This document shows positions 18,330 through 32,300 of a DNA stretch of 64,000 bases, piece after piece. Source of the stretch: Azolla caroliniana (taxonomy: Eukaryota > Plantae > Polypodiophyta); assembly GCA_043228905.1 (NCBI GenBank), contig JBHGNT010000002.1, positions 2,170,001 to 2,234,000 of the forward strand, written 5' to 3'. Numbering within the stretch: position 1 is the first letter of the stretch; each line of letters opens with the position of its first letter. The translations under genes were made by a program, and so were the position numbers. The notes under the pieces are model-generated. The model was not told the DNA's origin. It ran no database searches and saw nothing but the letters and a program-made list of their open reading frames with translations.

Positions 18330-20700
18330 TAAATAATGGCTTTCATTATGAAAGAAAATTACGCCACCATGACTAACTTACTACAAAATATAGAACCCTT
18401 ATAAGGAGCTAAATACTGCTACGACTCCAAACTCAATGCCACCCTACACACAACTTCAAATGACGAATATGATGATATGTGACCTTGCATTACTCTCTTT
18501 CTTCATGGTTGAGATTTCATGACTTCTCTAGCACTGTTAATTGCCACAAAAGAAGTCCTTTTAACTTTACAACATATTTTCTCACCCCAACTTATGAATC
18601 AAAAGTGAAGGCATTCTACATATTCCAATTGAGCCATAACCCCCAATACATCAAGAACTCAAAATTAATTTGGAAATGAGGCATCGGTTCATTGATCTCC
18701 ATACGTGCAAACACCCAACTGAATGATGATATGCTTACTCTAGTTATAGACATTCACACTAAACTGATAGACCTCCAAACCATCCTCGCCATTGGGCATA
18801 AAATCGATGCCTATAATGTTCCAATTCCACCAAACAAAAGAAACATGATCCTTTAGTAATGTTTCTTTTTTTAATGCATACCCCAATGGTAAAACTCCAT
18901 CTCTTATAAACATGACAATCCCAGAATAATCACCGTGAACATTGCCACCTTAGAATAACTAATCAATCCAACATTATGATGATCTTTATGCTCTATTCCA
19001 CATAAAACATCCCATCGCTCACTTAACACAATCCTCCAAACCTCATGCATTTTAAATGTTGAACACAATACCTTCACATTCCATGTGGTGATCTTCATAC
19101 TTTATTTTTTCATTTAATTCGAGAAATCTCCTTCTCCTTCACTACTAATGTTTTTGCCATATCTTGAAATAAATCCCCTAAGATTGCATACGAATTGCTA
19201 TGGAAATGCCAAACTCCGGACCCCGATGACTCATTCTATGAACAAGGCGCTGGTTTCTGTTTATTCAAAGGAACATACAAATTACCTTTATTATCAAAAG
19301 ACAAATTCTTTGGATAGTCATCACGACGACCCCATGGTCTATTTTGCGTGGAATTTGTTTTTTGAATCAGTGTTACCTTCTCCATAGATACATTATGCTC
19401 AACATTCTTATTAAACTTTTTCATCTTTCCAAAAACTATTGACCATTGCCCTTCATCCTCTAGGGTCTATCTATCCTTGTTATTCATAATTTGTGGTTCC
19501 TATTAAGTAATTAGGTAATTAACTAGGGTTAATTAGAGACTAATTATATGGTTACGTTAAGCAGCGGAAGATTAGTATGATATGCGCGTGAGAGTGTGTG
19601 AGAGGAAGAGAGAGAGAAAGAGAGGAAGTTACACTTGAACACAAAGATAAATGGGGGATGATTGACTATATTGAAAAGTGTCATCAACATTCAACAATAC
19701 CCACAATGAGGTATATATATAACCCATGTGCAAAGGTGCACATGTGTGGGTAGAACATAGGTACTTATGTGTAAGTCCTACATTAAATGTACTAAGGAGT
19801 GGAGGATCTAGAATATCCCACTTAAGTACAAGGTCCTATTTAAAGGCTTAAGGTCAACACATTAACTAGATTTTATCTAGGTAACTACTAAGTTACATGT
19901 GTTGACTAACTAGATTAAACTAGTTGAGCTTGATATCTCAACAGTTCCTTTATTTGCTCTAAAGTTGTCAAAGTTAAATTTGATCATGATTTGTAGGCTC
20001 TTCATGTACCACTTCCACTACATTATTTCTTTTTTCAGGACACTCAACCATAAAATGCCCTAACACACCACAATGGAAACAATGTCATGCAAATGTACCC
20101 CATTTAAGCCGAAAATACATAGGAGGCATACTAGAGCATGCAATTTGTAAATAACCTGGCCTCTTTAATATTTATAGCAATATTCCAAAGAATATACATC
20201 CGATATCGATTTTGAGCATTAGCACTTGGAGGCACCAAGATCTTTCCCAAGTTTTCCATTGCTAATCGTAATATTGGCCAGACCATTGAATATGTGCACT
20301 CTATTCCACTAATGGCCTCAAACCCATACATGACACTATTGCTTTAGTATATCTTGATATTCCACTAATGGCCTCCACAGAACAATATGAACCAAACATT
20401 TCTCATAAAACACTGGCAATTTATTGAGTAATTTCTCTTTATACTCTTGTGATACCAAAACAACCTCATAAAACCCACGAGGACCAACATAAACATCTTG
20501 AACACAACATTGTTTGACCCTCTAAAGGAAAGGTATATTCCCCGTAAATATTAATACGACCCCTCTATAATAATAAAAAAGCAAATGAGCCCAAAAACTC
20601 CTTATTGTCTATTTCTACCTTAGCCACTTCATCATCAACAAACTCCCCAACAACTTTTACATTATCCCTTATATAATCACCCCCCCCGGCCTAGTTCAAG
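18330..20700 (-). mobile_element. Decayed LINE (APE endonuclease start and probable ORF1 remnants)
   Basis: ORF 19098-18904 begins MKITTWNVKVL (APE-endonuclease 'WNV.GL' motif). The surrounding frames are broken and the boundaries are approximate. Confidence 0.55.
19501..19943 (-). mobile_element. Solo LTR inserted in the LINE relic
   Basis: 5-bp TSD GTTCC (19496-19500, 19944-19948). Ends are tattaag (decayed tgttgag) ... ctcaaca, with an internal TATA-like run and a GA tract. Confidence 0.7.
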
Positions 20701-22696
20701 AATATGAGACTACGTACATATCCTCTCTTACTTTCTACTTAATGTAAGTAGGTATCTAGAGCTATAACGAGTGACAATCATCACCGTTGAAGGTCAGAGG
20801 ATCGGGCTCGTATTGACATATCTATATTGTTTGTGGCTTTGTGTCATATTCAACGGCTCTATAAGTTTGCTCCAACATGCTTGGCATTTGTGTTACACCC
20901 TTCTCAATACATTACAATTGCTTTAATGTATGGTGCAATAGTTGATAACAAAAGTGCCTATCTACATTAATATAGATCGTCCTTATATTCAAACAAAGTA
21001 GTTGTTAGAGCCTAAAGGCCATTCATAACATTTAGGTGACTATCTACCTAAAAGCAAATGATTGAAGTCATAACTTGGTAAAGACAATAAAGCCATGGGT
21101 GGCATTTTAATGTGGTACTATTTTGGGACATTAGACTCACTATAATGAAGCAATAATTGGTTTAAACATTGCCACAATTGAGTAATTATTCATGTTTTTC
21201 CATGTTTATCTTCAGTAATGTAAACTCCATTAACCTAATGTGAGTGATAAGTGTGACAATTTACTTAGAAATGTGATGTAGAGATGGTGGAGACAAAGAA
21301 GTTTAATCAAGAACAAATAAGAAGAAGGATACAAATTTTGCAACCTCACAGGCCAAATTTATTGCAATGCTATTTCCTAAAAACTTCTCCATGATGTAGA
21401 TGTATATGTCATATGGTCACCTTTTAGGTATCATGTGTGATATACTTGACCAATGTAATATGCCATTTATTCTATGGATGAGCAAGGGAAATCAAATAGA
21501 GAGAGAGAATATAGCAACTCTATGATTCATTACAAGAGCCATGGCACTATGTTTATGTGATTGATGGGAAACAAGTTCGTAAATTTGAGGTCATTTCATC
21601 ACGATGTTTGTGTCCATAAGAAGATGTAGTTTGTGAATGAAACCACGAGGCTCTCTATAGTTGCCCAAATCTAGATGGTGTGACAAGTTTTCGTTATAAT
21701 CTTTACTTTATTGCCTCATGACAACATTGTGACTTGATGCACGATGATATGTTGGCAATTGGAATAATGGCAAGAGGACTATCGAGTGTGACTATGGTAT
21801 GTTGGAATAATGGAGAGGTGACATTTTATTGTTTAAAAGAAATGTAAAGGAAACAATATTCCCTTCCCTCCTCCCCTCTTCTTTCCATGCGATTAAAAGT
21901 GTGAAAACAATTCATATGATACGATTTGCAATAACATATAGCTTACAACCAGTATGACAACATGCAGGGTTCACCAAAGAAAGAAGAAGCTCCTTCACTT
22001 ATGGAAAAAGTTACCCATGTTTACAGAGTAAACTCAAGGGCCTCAATGGAACTATCAACTCCCATGGACCCTTTCTTGAATACCAATGAAGCATGGCAGA
22101 GTGCAACAACAAATTTCAACACCATTTGCAATGTCCTATCTTCGGTCTTAGGATTATAGCATATCATTGTACACGAAATTGTAAGCTTTAGGGCACATAG
22201 GCTTAAGTTGTAGCATTTAAATGTTTTTTCTTAATACTACTAGGGAAAATCTTTGAAGGAAAAATAACATATAGCTTACAACATGAAACTTTTCATAAAA
22301 TGCACTTGTTTATTTGTCTCACGTTAAAGTACATTAGAACTTTTAACATGGTGTGAATTATAGTTTCTTATGGAAATAAAATTATTCAAGGACAACAGAT
22401 ACATGGAATCTGATTCTACATATAAATACATACATGGATTATCAAATTCATTTACATTAATGTGTTAGGCTTCGATGTAAGTAAATAATTTAAAAACATA
22501 GGGGATCGGTGGTATATCTTGTATGTTTAGCCTTGTGGCGTTTTCTAATACTAATGTAATATCTTTTTTGGGAAAAAAAAAGTAAAGTAAATAATTGAAA
22601 TTTTAACTTTGTCAACCCTTGGATCTAATTGTTTCGAATGTCATATCAATAAAATGGGCTATCCACTAATTATATTAGTATATAGTTTGTTGATAG

Positions 22697-24221
22697 TGTG
22701 AAATGCACATAAGAGATCAAAACCAGTCTACTTAGCTTCTTACTTCTTAATCAATTTATAGCTGATACAACGGAACCCATTTGGGTTGGCTTGGCTAAAC
22801 AGGGTGTGCTAAAAGGGTGGGTCAACTTGAGCACACGCATCCTAAAAAGGGTGAGCTAAAAGGGTGGCACAAAGGAACACATGCACACCACATTTCCCCC
22901 CTGCAAGAAACAAGAGATTGAGGGGCATGAACAAGAATAGGACATGTACATGAACATGAACAAGAACAAGAACAATGGCTTGTCGAAGGAGGGGGAGCAT
23001 CTGATAACAGGTTTCAAATGGAAATCCATCGATGATTCTAGTGTGAGGCGAGGGTTACACCCATAGAGTGCTCGAAAAGGGTTGATTTATGCAGCCATCT
23101 CGTGTTTGAGGGTCTTGTTGAGGCGTTCGGTGAAGATGGTGTGGGGATGTAAACATATATGGACACGTAGTTGAGGTGCAACGACGTTGAGGACATCCCC
23201 GTGGAACTGTTGGCCTTGATAGTTGGACGGGGCTAATGACGGAAAACGAGTTATCAATCGGCGAATAGAGATCAATCACTCCTGTGGACTGAGGGTCACC
23301 TGGACTTTGCTAAGGTGGGGGACAGGAGGGCTATTGTGTCATCTCGGAGGGGGATCGAGGAAAGATCATATGGCGGCGAAGATAAATCGCTCCTATGGAC
23401 TGAGGGCCACTTGGACTTTGTTGAGGTGGGGGATAGGAGGGCTATCGTGTCGGAGGGGGATCAAGGAAAGATCATATGGTGGCGAAGATCAATCGCTCCT
23501 GTGGACTAAGGGCCACCTGGACTTGGCTGAGGTGGGGGACATGAGGGCTATCGTGTCAGAGGGGGATGGGGGAAAAGATCACTTGGTAAAGAAAGATCAA
23601 TCACTCTTGTGGTCTAAGGGCCACCTAGACTTGGTTGAGGTGGGGGTCAGGAGGGCTATCGTGTAGGAGGGGGATCAGAGAAACCCATGGGACAAGAAGT
23701 TAATGGGAAACCTAAGGTGAGGGGGAAGAGTTGGTGGGGCAAGACATAAAAGTGGTGTGAGAAAGTGAGAGTGTCTAAGGTGAAGGTGTAGTGGGCTTAC
23801 GTGCTAGAGAGGTATAGATGGCGATCGCCAAAAAAGGACTTGGATGGAGGAAGCGGTGGATATCGGGAGGCCTAACTAGTGAACTAAGGCAGTGCTAATA
23901 GAAGAGATACTACTACAAGAGACTAACAAGAGTGTCGGTGATGGTGGTGAGGGCGATGCTACCTACGAAGCGGAAGAGGCAGATGCTTGGATGTGGGGGA
24001 CTGGTACCCTGCTTCTCCACGAATATGTGAAATGCACATAAGAGATCAAAACCAATCTACTTAGCTTCTTACTTCTTAATCAATTTATAGCTGATACAAC
24101 GGAACCCATTTGGGTTGGCTTGGCTAAACAGGGTGTGCTAAAAGGGTGGGTCAACTTGAGCACACGCATCCTAAAAAGGGTGAGCTAAATGGGTGGCACA
24201 AAGGAACACATGCACACCACA
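22697..24221 (-). mobile_element. Short non-autonomous LTR retroelement (TRIM-like, 1.5 kb)
   Basis: 196-bp LTRs at 22697-22892 and 24026-24221 (TG...CA, ~2 mismatches seen). 4-bp TSD ATAG. Minus-strand PPT AGGGGGGAAA next to 22892. Four internal ~108-bp tandem repeats. Confidence 0.88.
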
Positions 24222-24665
24222 ATAGTTATTCTCACAAAATATTAAATGTACATTATTTTGTCAACGTGTCTCTCTTAAAGAACACCTTAGATACAATAAG
24301 AACTAAGGTCACATATATTTTAATCGATTTAATCTACGTAATCAATAAATTATGCTTTTTTGTTCAATCCCATGAGCAATGCAATGGGTTCGAATAATGA
24401 TTACATTTGACATCAAGTAGCTTTCATATTAAAGAGTGCAGTGTGTGTGACATGTAATTATCAAGTCTCACTTTTTCATGTGGCCAAGTTGTGAACTAAT
24501 CTCATTATGTTATTCTTAACAAATAAGTTTCCCCATCATAGCATGGGCATAGTTACCACACATGGCTTTCAAATCGGGACCCCGCTAGAAGTGTGTGAAT
24601 CATAATGCTAATAACTTAGTTGATACTCAAGGTTATGGCTTTATAATACATTGCATTAATATGAA

Positions 24666-24978
24666 GGGAAAAGTACCAGGATACCCCCAGAAGTTTGTCT
24701 ATTTACCAAAATGCCCTTGGAAGTTCCAAATTTACCAAACTACCCCTATGTCCAAAAAATTACACTTTATAAAGTAATTATACACTCAAATCTACAAGCC
24801 CTATTTACCAAAGATGGAAGAAATGGACCCGAACTAGCCCTATTTACCAAAGATTTGAGTGTATAATTACTTTATAAAGTGTAATTTTTTGGACATATGG
24901 GTAGTTTGGTAAATTTGGAACTTCCAGGGGCATTCTGGTAAATAGACGAACTTCCAGGGGTATCATGGTACTTTTCCC
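24666..24978. mobile_element. Mutator-like foldback MITE (313 bp)
   Basis: ~125-bp near-perfect TIRs starting GGGAAAAGTACCA. 9-bp TSD taatatgaa/taatatgat (8/9 match). Confidence 0.88.
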
Positions 24979-27900
24979 TAATATGATTAGTCCAACTTGA
25001 CACATTATACATGAATAACAACAAACCAAGAAACATGAATAGTGTATTCCTGACGACACGTACATCAAATAACTTGCCGACAAAGAATTTAGATGGCTCT
25101 TGTGAACATACTAAAATGTTAACCATGCTTTAGATAACTAGAAATTTGATTAATTGCAGATATTAAATAACTATTTGGGTCGGTTTTGGGTAACATTACA
25201 TGATGAAATGAATTCTACTCGTGTACTTACATTATAAAGACAAAAATACTTTGAATAAACATTACAAACATTCACAAGTAATATAGTTGGCATGTTTATG
25301 AACAATAAATGTCAATACAATGGCATCAGTCGTTCAAAGAACGTTATCAAGTTGTACAAGATAATTGCATATTTTTCTTTGTGCACATATAGATGCTTGT
25401 TATCACGGAGTTAATAAGTTTCCACAATAGGCGATATGAACATAGCCACACCATTCATAAAATAATTTTTTATTTGATGTCAAGCTAGAATAAATGCCTA
25501 AAATTTTGGTAGTGGTTGTTATGCTTATGCATCTCTTCGATCTAATGAGCTACCAAAATTTGTACCCATGTTCTAGACATGGACAACAAAAGCATGTTCG
25601 TTCACCAATGAGATGCTTGTGGGAAAGGTGAACATGGAACACATATTTAGAATAAGCAAACTAATGTGTTTAATATACACGGAGGCAACATTACTAATTA
25701 GGTAAGTAGAACAAGTGGGTATCAAAATTTCCCCTCTTGCTAGGGTTAATATTGGATCTACCTTTCACACTTTTGTTATTGTTATCATTATAGGGCCAAT
25801 CTCAAAGTTTTGGGTCCCTTTTTTACCTTGTTTTTTCCCTCTCTTCGTGGGATGAATAACTTTATTGAATCTAATTCTATTAGCATCGTCACTTTAAACT
25901 AATTCATTTCATTCATATTATATTCTAATTCATTTGTTCTAATTGTGATGTTGATTAATCGTTTGATGTATACCACCATTATACTCATTTGATTAATGAT
26001 GCATGTATCATGTTTATTCTTTGTTGATTACCATTCTAATGAATGCAATATTTAAAAAATAAATAAAATTTAATCTAATAAATCCACAGTGGATAGGTTA
26101 CAAATGTCAATCCATTTATGTTATCATGTATTAATCATTGCCAAATGATTATTTAATTTGCACATGTAAAGTTTTTAGATAGTTTGGGAAGTTAAATTCG
26201 ATGGAGTTATTAATTCCTAGATAAAAATACACATGAAACAAAGGAAACATTGGCCAAGGGAGCTACAATGCTAAAAAAAAATAGAAGTGTAGAATCAACA
26301 CTTGCCATCTCAAGAATTTATCAATATCTCCTTTGTAATAGGACATCAGAGCTTTGATATTTTGCATTCAAGTATGAGTGACCTCATTCCTCAATTACAT
26401 CCACTTGCATTTAACCATTAAAAAAATGCATGTTTTTCCCTTCACAAGCATTAACGTTATTCACTCACGTAAAAGTAGATTGCTCGTAAATGTCACATTG
26501 CCAATCAGAGACCAAGCCTTTAATCTCACATCTACCTCTTGCATATGCATTTTTGGAGGTTGAGTTCACACAATGGTAGAAGGAGCTCTAAATTTAGTCA
26601 ATAAATAGTGGTGAGAATAGAAGGTATCACAATACACTGTTGTGCAAAGTATTGTTGCTCTCACGTGCACATAGTGCTAAATATTGTTAAAGGTGTCTTT
26701 GCAACAGCGTGTTAGTATCATGCATTTGTTGATTTTGTAAAATCACTTTTGTTGGAGCAAGTTCTTATTGTTCATGATTTCAATCTAAAGAGTTAAACTT
26801 ACAAATAAGAGCTCAAACCCTTTGAGACTAGCACCATGTGCTTACAATGTGAATGTCATAAAGCATAACCTTTACTACAAAACTATCATGTTCATGCAAT
26901 TCTAAATTTAGTAAGATATAATTTGTGCCTTGTTCCCGTGGATTTGTTGATGCTTGGATGTGACACCAAATTTGGCGCACCAACAAGAAACTTGGTTTTC
27001 AAGATCCTGACAATCTCATTAGTTCAGCTCTCAACACGAGATCATGTTGTAAGAATATTAATATCTTGCACTATGAGGTACATAATTTCATCTCTCTTTT
27101 TTTCAAATTAATATGAAAGTACCACATCATCTTTGTCTATCTATGTTTGGCACTATCGTTTGGGATGCTTTAGATATTGTTGATAGATCTATAATGAATT
27201 GATTAAATTTTTATGTGTATAATGCTCTATGGGATTTTTAATCGAAGAATATTCGTGTACTAAAGCATCATGTATATTCTTCCTCCAAAGAATGATTCTC
27301 AATTGAAATTTTTTGTTGATGGTGATAAAGATCTTTGGGCTAATCAAATTCGTTAGAACCAAGGTTAACCCACAAGTAGTTTATTTTGTCCATTATTATT
27401 CGTGGACATTCGAGACTAGAAGGGTTTTACTTACTCATGACCTTTGCTTGATTTCATTGAACATATATGTAGTGGGACTTCTTTTATCTAATTTGCCTTA
27501 TAACTAGTATAGCTAGCCATGGACGATGCCCTTTGGCCAGTTTGCCTATAATGGATATATCAGGAAAGTTTAAATGAATAATTGAGTGTTTGCTTGTGAA
27601 TATTTTAGAAGAAAATAGTTGTATAACATGATTTAATGCATTGGAAGTTGTTTTGTTGCATATGATTATTTTAACTAGGGTGCTTATAACAGCGAAGGGC
27701 GCATTTGTTCATGTATACTTGAAGAGAAAGATGTTGTAGGTTGTATCTCGTGCGCAAGGTTGTTTTATTGGGTGTTGACCAAGTTATTATTGTTGTAAAC
27801 ATTGACAATTTACTATTGAGTCAATAGAGAAGAGATAATGTGATCAATGGATCAAATTTGTTGCACATGTTTAGGTGGGGCTAGTGGGCAAATATTGTAT

Positions 27901-28629
27901 AATAACCATAAGGTTTGCACACTAAAGAGCAAAACCATAACATATTGATTGCTTTGATACTAGAATCTTTTGATGTATATGAACTAAACTACTTAAGATG
28001 TAAGGGTTTGCAAAATGGATTTACGGGACAAAAGAAGACGAGTAAGAGGAAATTATACAACATTATTAAGATAATGAATGTGTTCAAAACATCTTTGATG
28101 TGGGCTTCTATAATTGGGGTTTGAAAACCATTTTCTCCTATTATTATTTGCATTAGTGGATACATGGATTGCCTTCACCATACATCCAAATAGTTTTTGA
28201 GCTCCTCGTGCATTGGGGATTATTACATAATTAGTGTATGCAAAATATATATGCATTCGAGGCATGATATAGGGTTCAAAGACATGCTAAAACATGAAAT
28301 AACATGTTACTTGGGCAATTCGCGTAGCAAGAAGCTTTGCTGATGCTAGCACATGAAGAGATCCAAATACGTGTGTCGGCAAGACATCATGCCCCCATTT
28401 GTTTTGGCCTTCATTCCAAATGGGTTCTGAGGTCACAAGATATTGATTGGATCCCCATGTCTTTAGTATTTGAGTCATTCACTAATTTTTTTCCACAATT
28501 AATACATTTCTATTTGCATAAAGAAGAAGGATGACCATGCCATTTTTTTGTTTAGAGATGGCAAGGTCATAAACTTCATACGTTGATGCAACAGGTAATT
28601 GAGAAGAATTGACATATGGTGCATAGAGG

Positions 28630-29185
28630 AAAGAATGTGTGAAAGTGAGGATTTCAATCCACTACCTTGATGACTCGAAAGTGTAAAAAAATATGGTTGA
28701 TGATGGGTTTATTTGGAGAAGAACGGGTTGTTAGTCTGATACTCTGATGTTGTTTGAGGAGAAAAGCAATACATGATGTGTGTAACAAGACGTGTGAAAG
28801 TAAGGAGTTGAACCAATGATCTCTAACGACATACTTCTAGGGGTATTGTGGACATCTGTCTGACATCATAATGCCACGAGAGCTCGAGGAGAAAGAGACA
28901 CATGATGTGTGTAACAAAGTCGCGTGAAAGTAAGAAGTTGAAGAGATGAACTCAGACAACATACCTCTAGGGGTATCATGGTCATCGGTCAGATACTCTA
29001 AAGCCGCGAGAGCTTGAGAAAGCGATACATGATGTGTGTAACAAAGATGTGTGAAAGTAAGGAGTTGAACCGATGACCTCTAACAACTTACCTCTAGGGG
29101 TATTATGGTCATTAATTCGATATATTGTATTAGTATGTAATGGAGGCGTGTGAAGGTAAAGGTTTTGAACCAATGACCTCTAGAG
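28630..29185. repeat. ~128-bp tandem repeat (3 full copies plus partials) upstream of the Rab5ip gene
   Basis: acatgatgtgtgtaacaa...gtgaaagtaaggagttgaacc at ~28770, ~28900 and ~29027. Confidence 0.75.
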
Positions 29186-29351
29186 GTTGGCTGTAGGGGT
29201 ATTGGGCGAATTTATTATTGGAAAGCATGAAAGGGGAGGAGGGTAGGGGCATATTTTGTAAATTAAAGAAGCCTTGTCTGGCACAGGGAATAAACAGCAG
29301 AGAAGAACGACAGACAGAATCAGAGAGCGCGGAGACGAAGACCGATCGAAG

Positions 29352-32300
29352 ATGAAAGAAAGAGGAAAGGCCTCAAAGCTACAGCACTCGGATGCTAATG
29401 GAAGCTTTTTCTCTAGCTCATCCTTAGAAAAAGTAACTTCTTCTTCTTCCTCTTCTTTTTGTTTTGACTTGTTTTTTTTTTTTTTCAAACCACACATATA
29501 ATCAGACGGTTAGATCAGATCGATGTTTTCATCGAATCAGATGTTTATTTTACTCCATTTTTCTACAGAAGAAAATGTAGATATAATGAAACTCTCTGTA
29601 TATTTAAGACTACTCCTGCGATAAACACCCTTAGGGTTTCAAAGTCCACTTGAATATCCAAATCTTTCAGAAACATGAAAATAGGGTAATTTTGTTGTTT
29701 TTGTTTTTTTACTGAAAAATATGAAGATCTTTGAATGGAAAATAGTCGAAAGAACAATTTCCATGTTGTGGCAGGATGAGTTGATGAATGATTTATTTTA
29801 GAACTATAAATATGAAAGATTCTTGAATGAAAATCAGTTGAAAGAAAAAGATGCATACTATTTATGGAAGGAGAAGTTTGTTAGATTGATTGTTAATTTT
29901 TTTCAAACTGAAAATTCGCCGAAATTGGAATGGAAACTAGTTGAGAGACAAAGGTGTATGGTATGGCATAAGGAGTTACTAGATTGGTTTTTTTTTCCGT
30001 ACAATAATGATTTGAAGGAATATTAGGTGAAAAAAGAGATGCATGTTTATGGCAGGATGAGTTGTTGGATAGATTGTATTGGAGCAGACAGATAATTGGA
30101 CTCATTTGTGGAGTTATATGGGGATGCATCCCTCTTGTTGGAGCTATTTGGATAGCAGTGTAATCTTCACAATATACCTTTTGATCTTTACATGTGATTA
30201 TATTTTTTAAACTCTTCATACTGCATGCATTTCACATAGTGTTATATGCAACCTTGAGTTGTTAATAGACATGTTTCAATAGCTCTTAATATGCATGATA
30301 ATTAGTTCAGTGTAATCTTCACAATATACCTTTTGATATTTACACATGATTATGTTTTTTAGCTCTTCATATTGCATGCAACTCACATAATGTTTATATG
30401 CAATCTCGACTTATTTGTGGACATGTTTTTATACTTCTTATTATGCATGCCCTTTTGATTTATATTATGTTGCTTTCCCATGTTTATCGCTCTTAATATG
30501 CACAATCTTTTTGACCTGTATCATTGAAACTATATGTGTGAGCTATGACAAATATGCATTTATTCCTTATTATTTCATGCAAATTTTTCATGTGACCTTG
30601 TTTTATAGCTCTTTAACATGCACTCTTTTCACATTATGTCATGCAGAATTTTCATTTTGTGGATCTGAATTTGCATGCCTTGTGCATTATATCATGCTAA
30701 TGTTCATGCATTATTGTGTTTTACAGATATTAATGTGCAACGTGTTTTGCGTTATATATCATGCAATGCAATCTTTATGTGTGGCCATGTTGTAGTTCTT
30801 AATTTGTGTGTTGTGAACAGTTTTGTTGCATTGTCCTCTTCGGCAATCTACGGTTTCTACAATATTGTGCTGAAAATTGATGAGGAAGAATATAATGGAC
30901 ATGGGGCACTTCTGCAAGAAGGGATTTTCACATCTGTGATGCTGTTCCTGGTAAGTTGCATTGATATGGATGTAACAATATGAACTTAAAATATGTAATG
31001 AAAGCATTTTAAATGAACTTAAAAGGATTCTCTTCAATGTGTTTTATCAACACTTGTCGCACTATATATTGCACCCTGAACTCGGTTTATTTTCTTGTTG
31101 GGATCCAATAATATGGGTTCTAGTTTATATTCATTTCATCACATTTAACTAATGATATGATGACTTCATACTGAGTAAGATCACTTTGTTAGCAATTATA
31201 TATCCATTATCCATTATCCATTAATCACAGTTAAAAGGATCCCATGGTTTATTGTACCTATGGTGAAGGTGTTTATTATTCACTTCATCTTAAGCCAATG
31301 GCAAAGAATCATTGATTTATTGTTCTGTTTCACATTCTCCTGCCATCATGTTTTACATTTATTCGTTGGATTGTTTTAATTGGGTCGAGAATTTACCTAA
31401 AAGGGATACTATTAGCTGCGCACGGGTCAAAAATGACGTTTGTCTCTAGGAAAATTTCCTTGAATAAAACTGCATAAGCGAAAATTTCAAGGATGATCCC
31501 CTTATTATTTTCACTGGGGATCTTAACCGTTGTACAAACTCCTTGCATATCCATTCATGGATGTTAAGCTGATATAGATCTAGACATGATAACGAGGAAA
31601 CACAGTAAAATAGATTGGCTGCACAGTTTTTATAATATTCATACTCTGTGCTATTGGCCAATATCCACTTATGGAAGGAAAATTGCGATATCAGAATTTG
31701 ATACATACTTTAAAATCTGATATTAGTAAAATGTCTCTAACCTGAAAAAGCTTCAGAGATTCTTCACTAATTTTCTACAATTGGGAATGCCATCCAGCCT
31801 CAGTTGCAAGTTCCCTCAGGAATCTCACCTCTGGTTTTTTCTGATGTCGTGATTTGTTGATTTTCTGATAAGACTTTTTATCTTTCACAAGCCAATTCTC
31901 AGAAGTGAGTACAATCCATGAATTGAACACCTGGGTATCCACAACTTTCGTTTGTCTCGTTATCACTTCTGTTTCTAATCGGCACACTGCCTTAGTGGTG
32001 AGTTGCATGGTACTTATGTAGGTACTACAGTCCTATGCTCTTTCTGTGTCGGAAGCCACCACTTCTTCCACCTCATGTTGTTCATGTCGTTGGCCACTTT
32101 GGCACCCTACTTAGCTCTGGTTATGCTGTTGATCAATCTGTCAACCAAGTTTGTACATGGTCTATCTATCGGACCATGAACCAGATTGTCTCACTGGGAT
32201 CTGCTATGGAGTTATACCTTGACATCTGTAGATGTTGTTTTTTATTATGCGATTGACATTGATATCATTTTTTTCATCACACTGCACTTAGGGTCCTTTC

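Noticed and set aside
20750-22650. Possible decayed transposon coding sequence (likewise ~25900-28500 and ~33550-35450)
   Set aside because: It looks like old TE debris, but I could not identify a diagnostic motif or termini with confidence.
23270-23680. CRISPR-like array or repeat-protein ORF (23223-23666)
   Set aside because: Whole units repeat with no unique spacers, the context is eukaryotic, and the ORFs are by-products of a tandem repeat inside an LTR element.
29671-29685. 15-nt micro-exon (cag|aaacatgaaaatagg|gt) in Rab5ip intron 1
   Set aside because: It preserves frame, but the peptide does not resemble the family sequence and direct exon 1-2 splicing already fits the homologous junction. 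RNA-seq would be needed.
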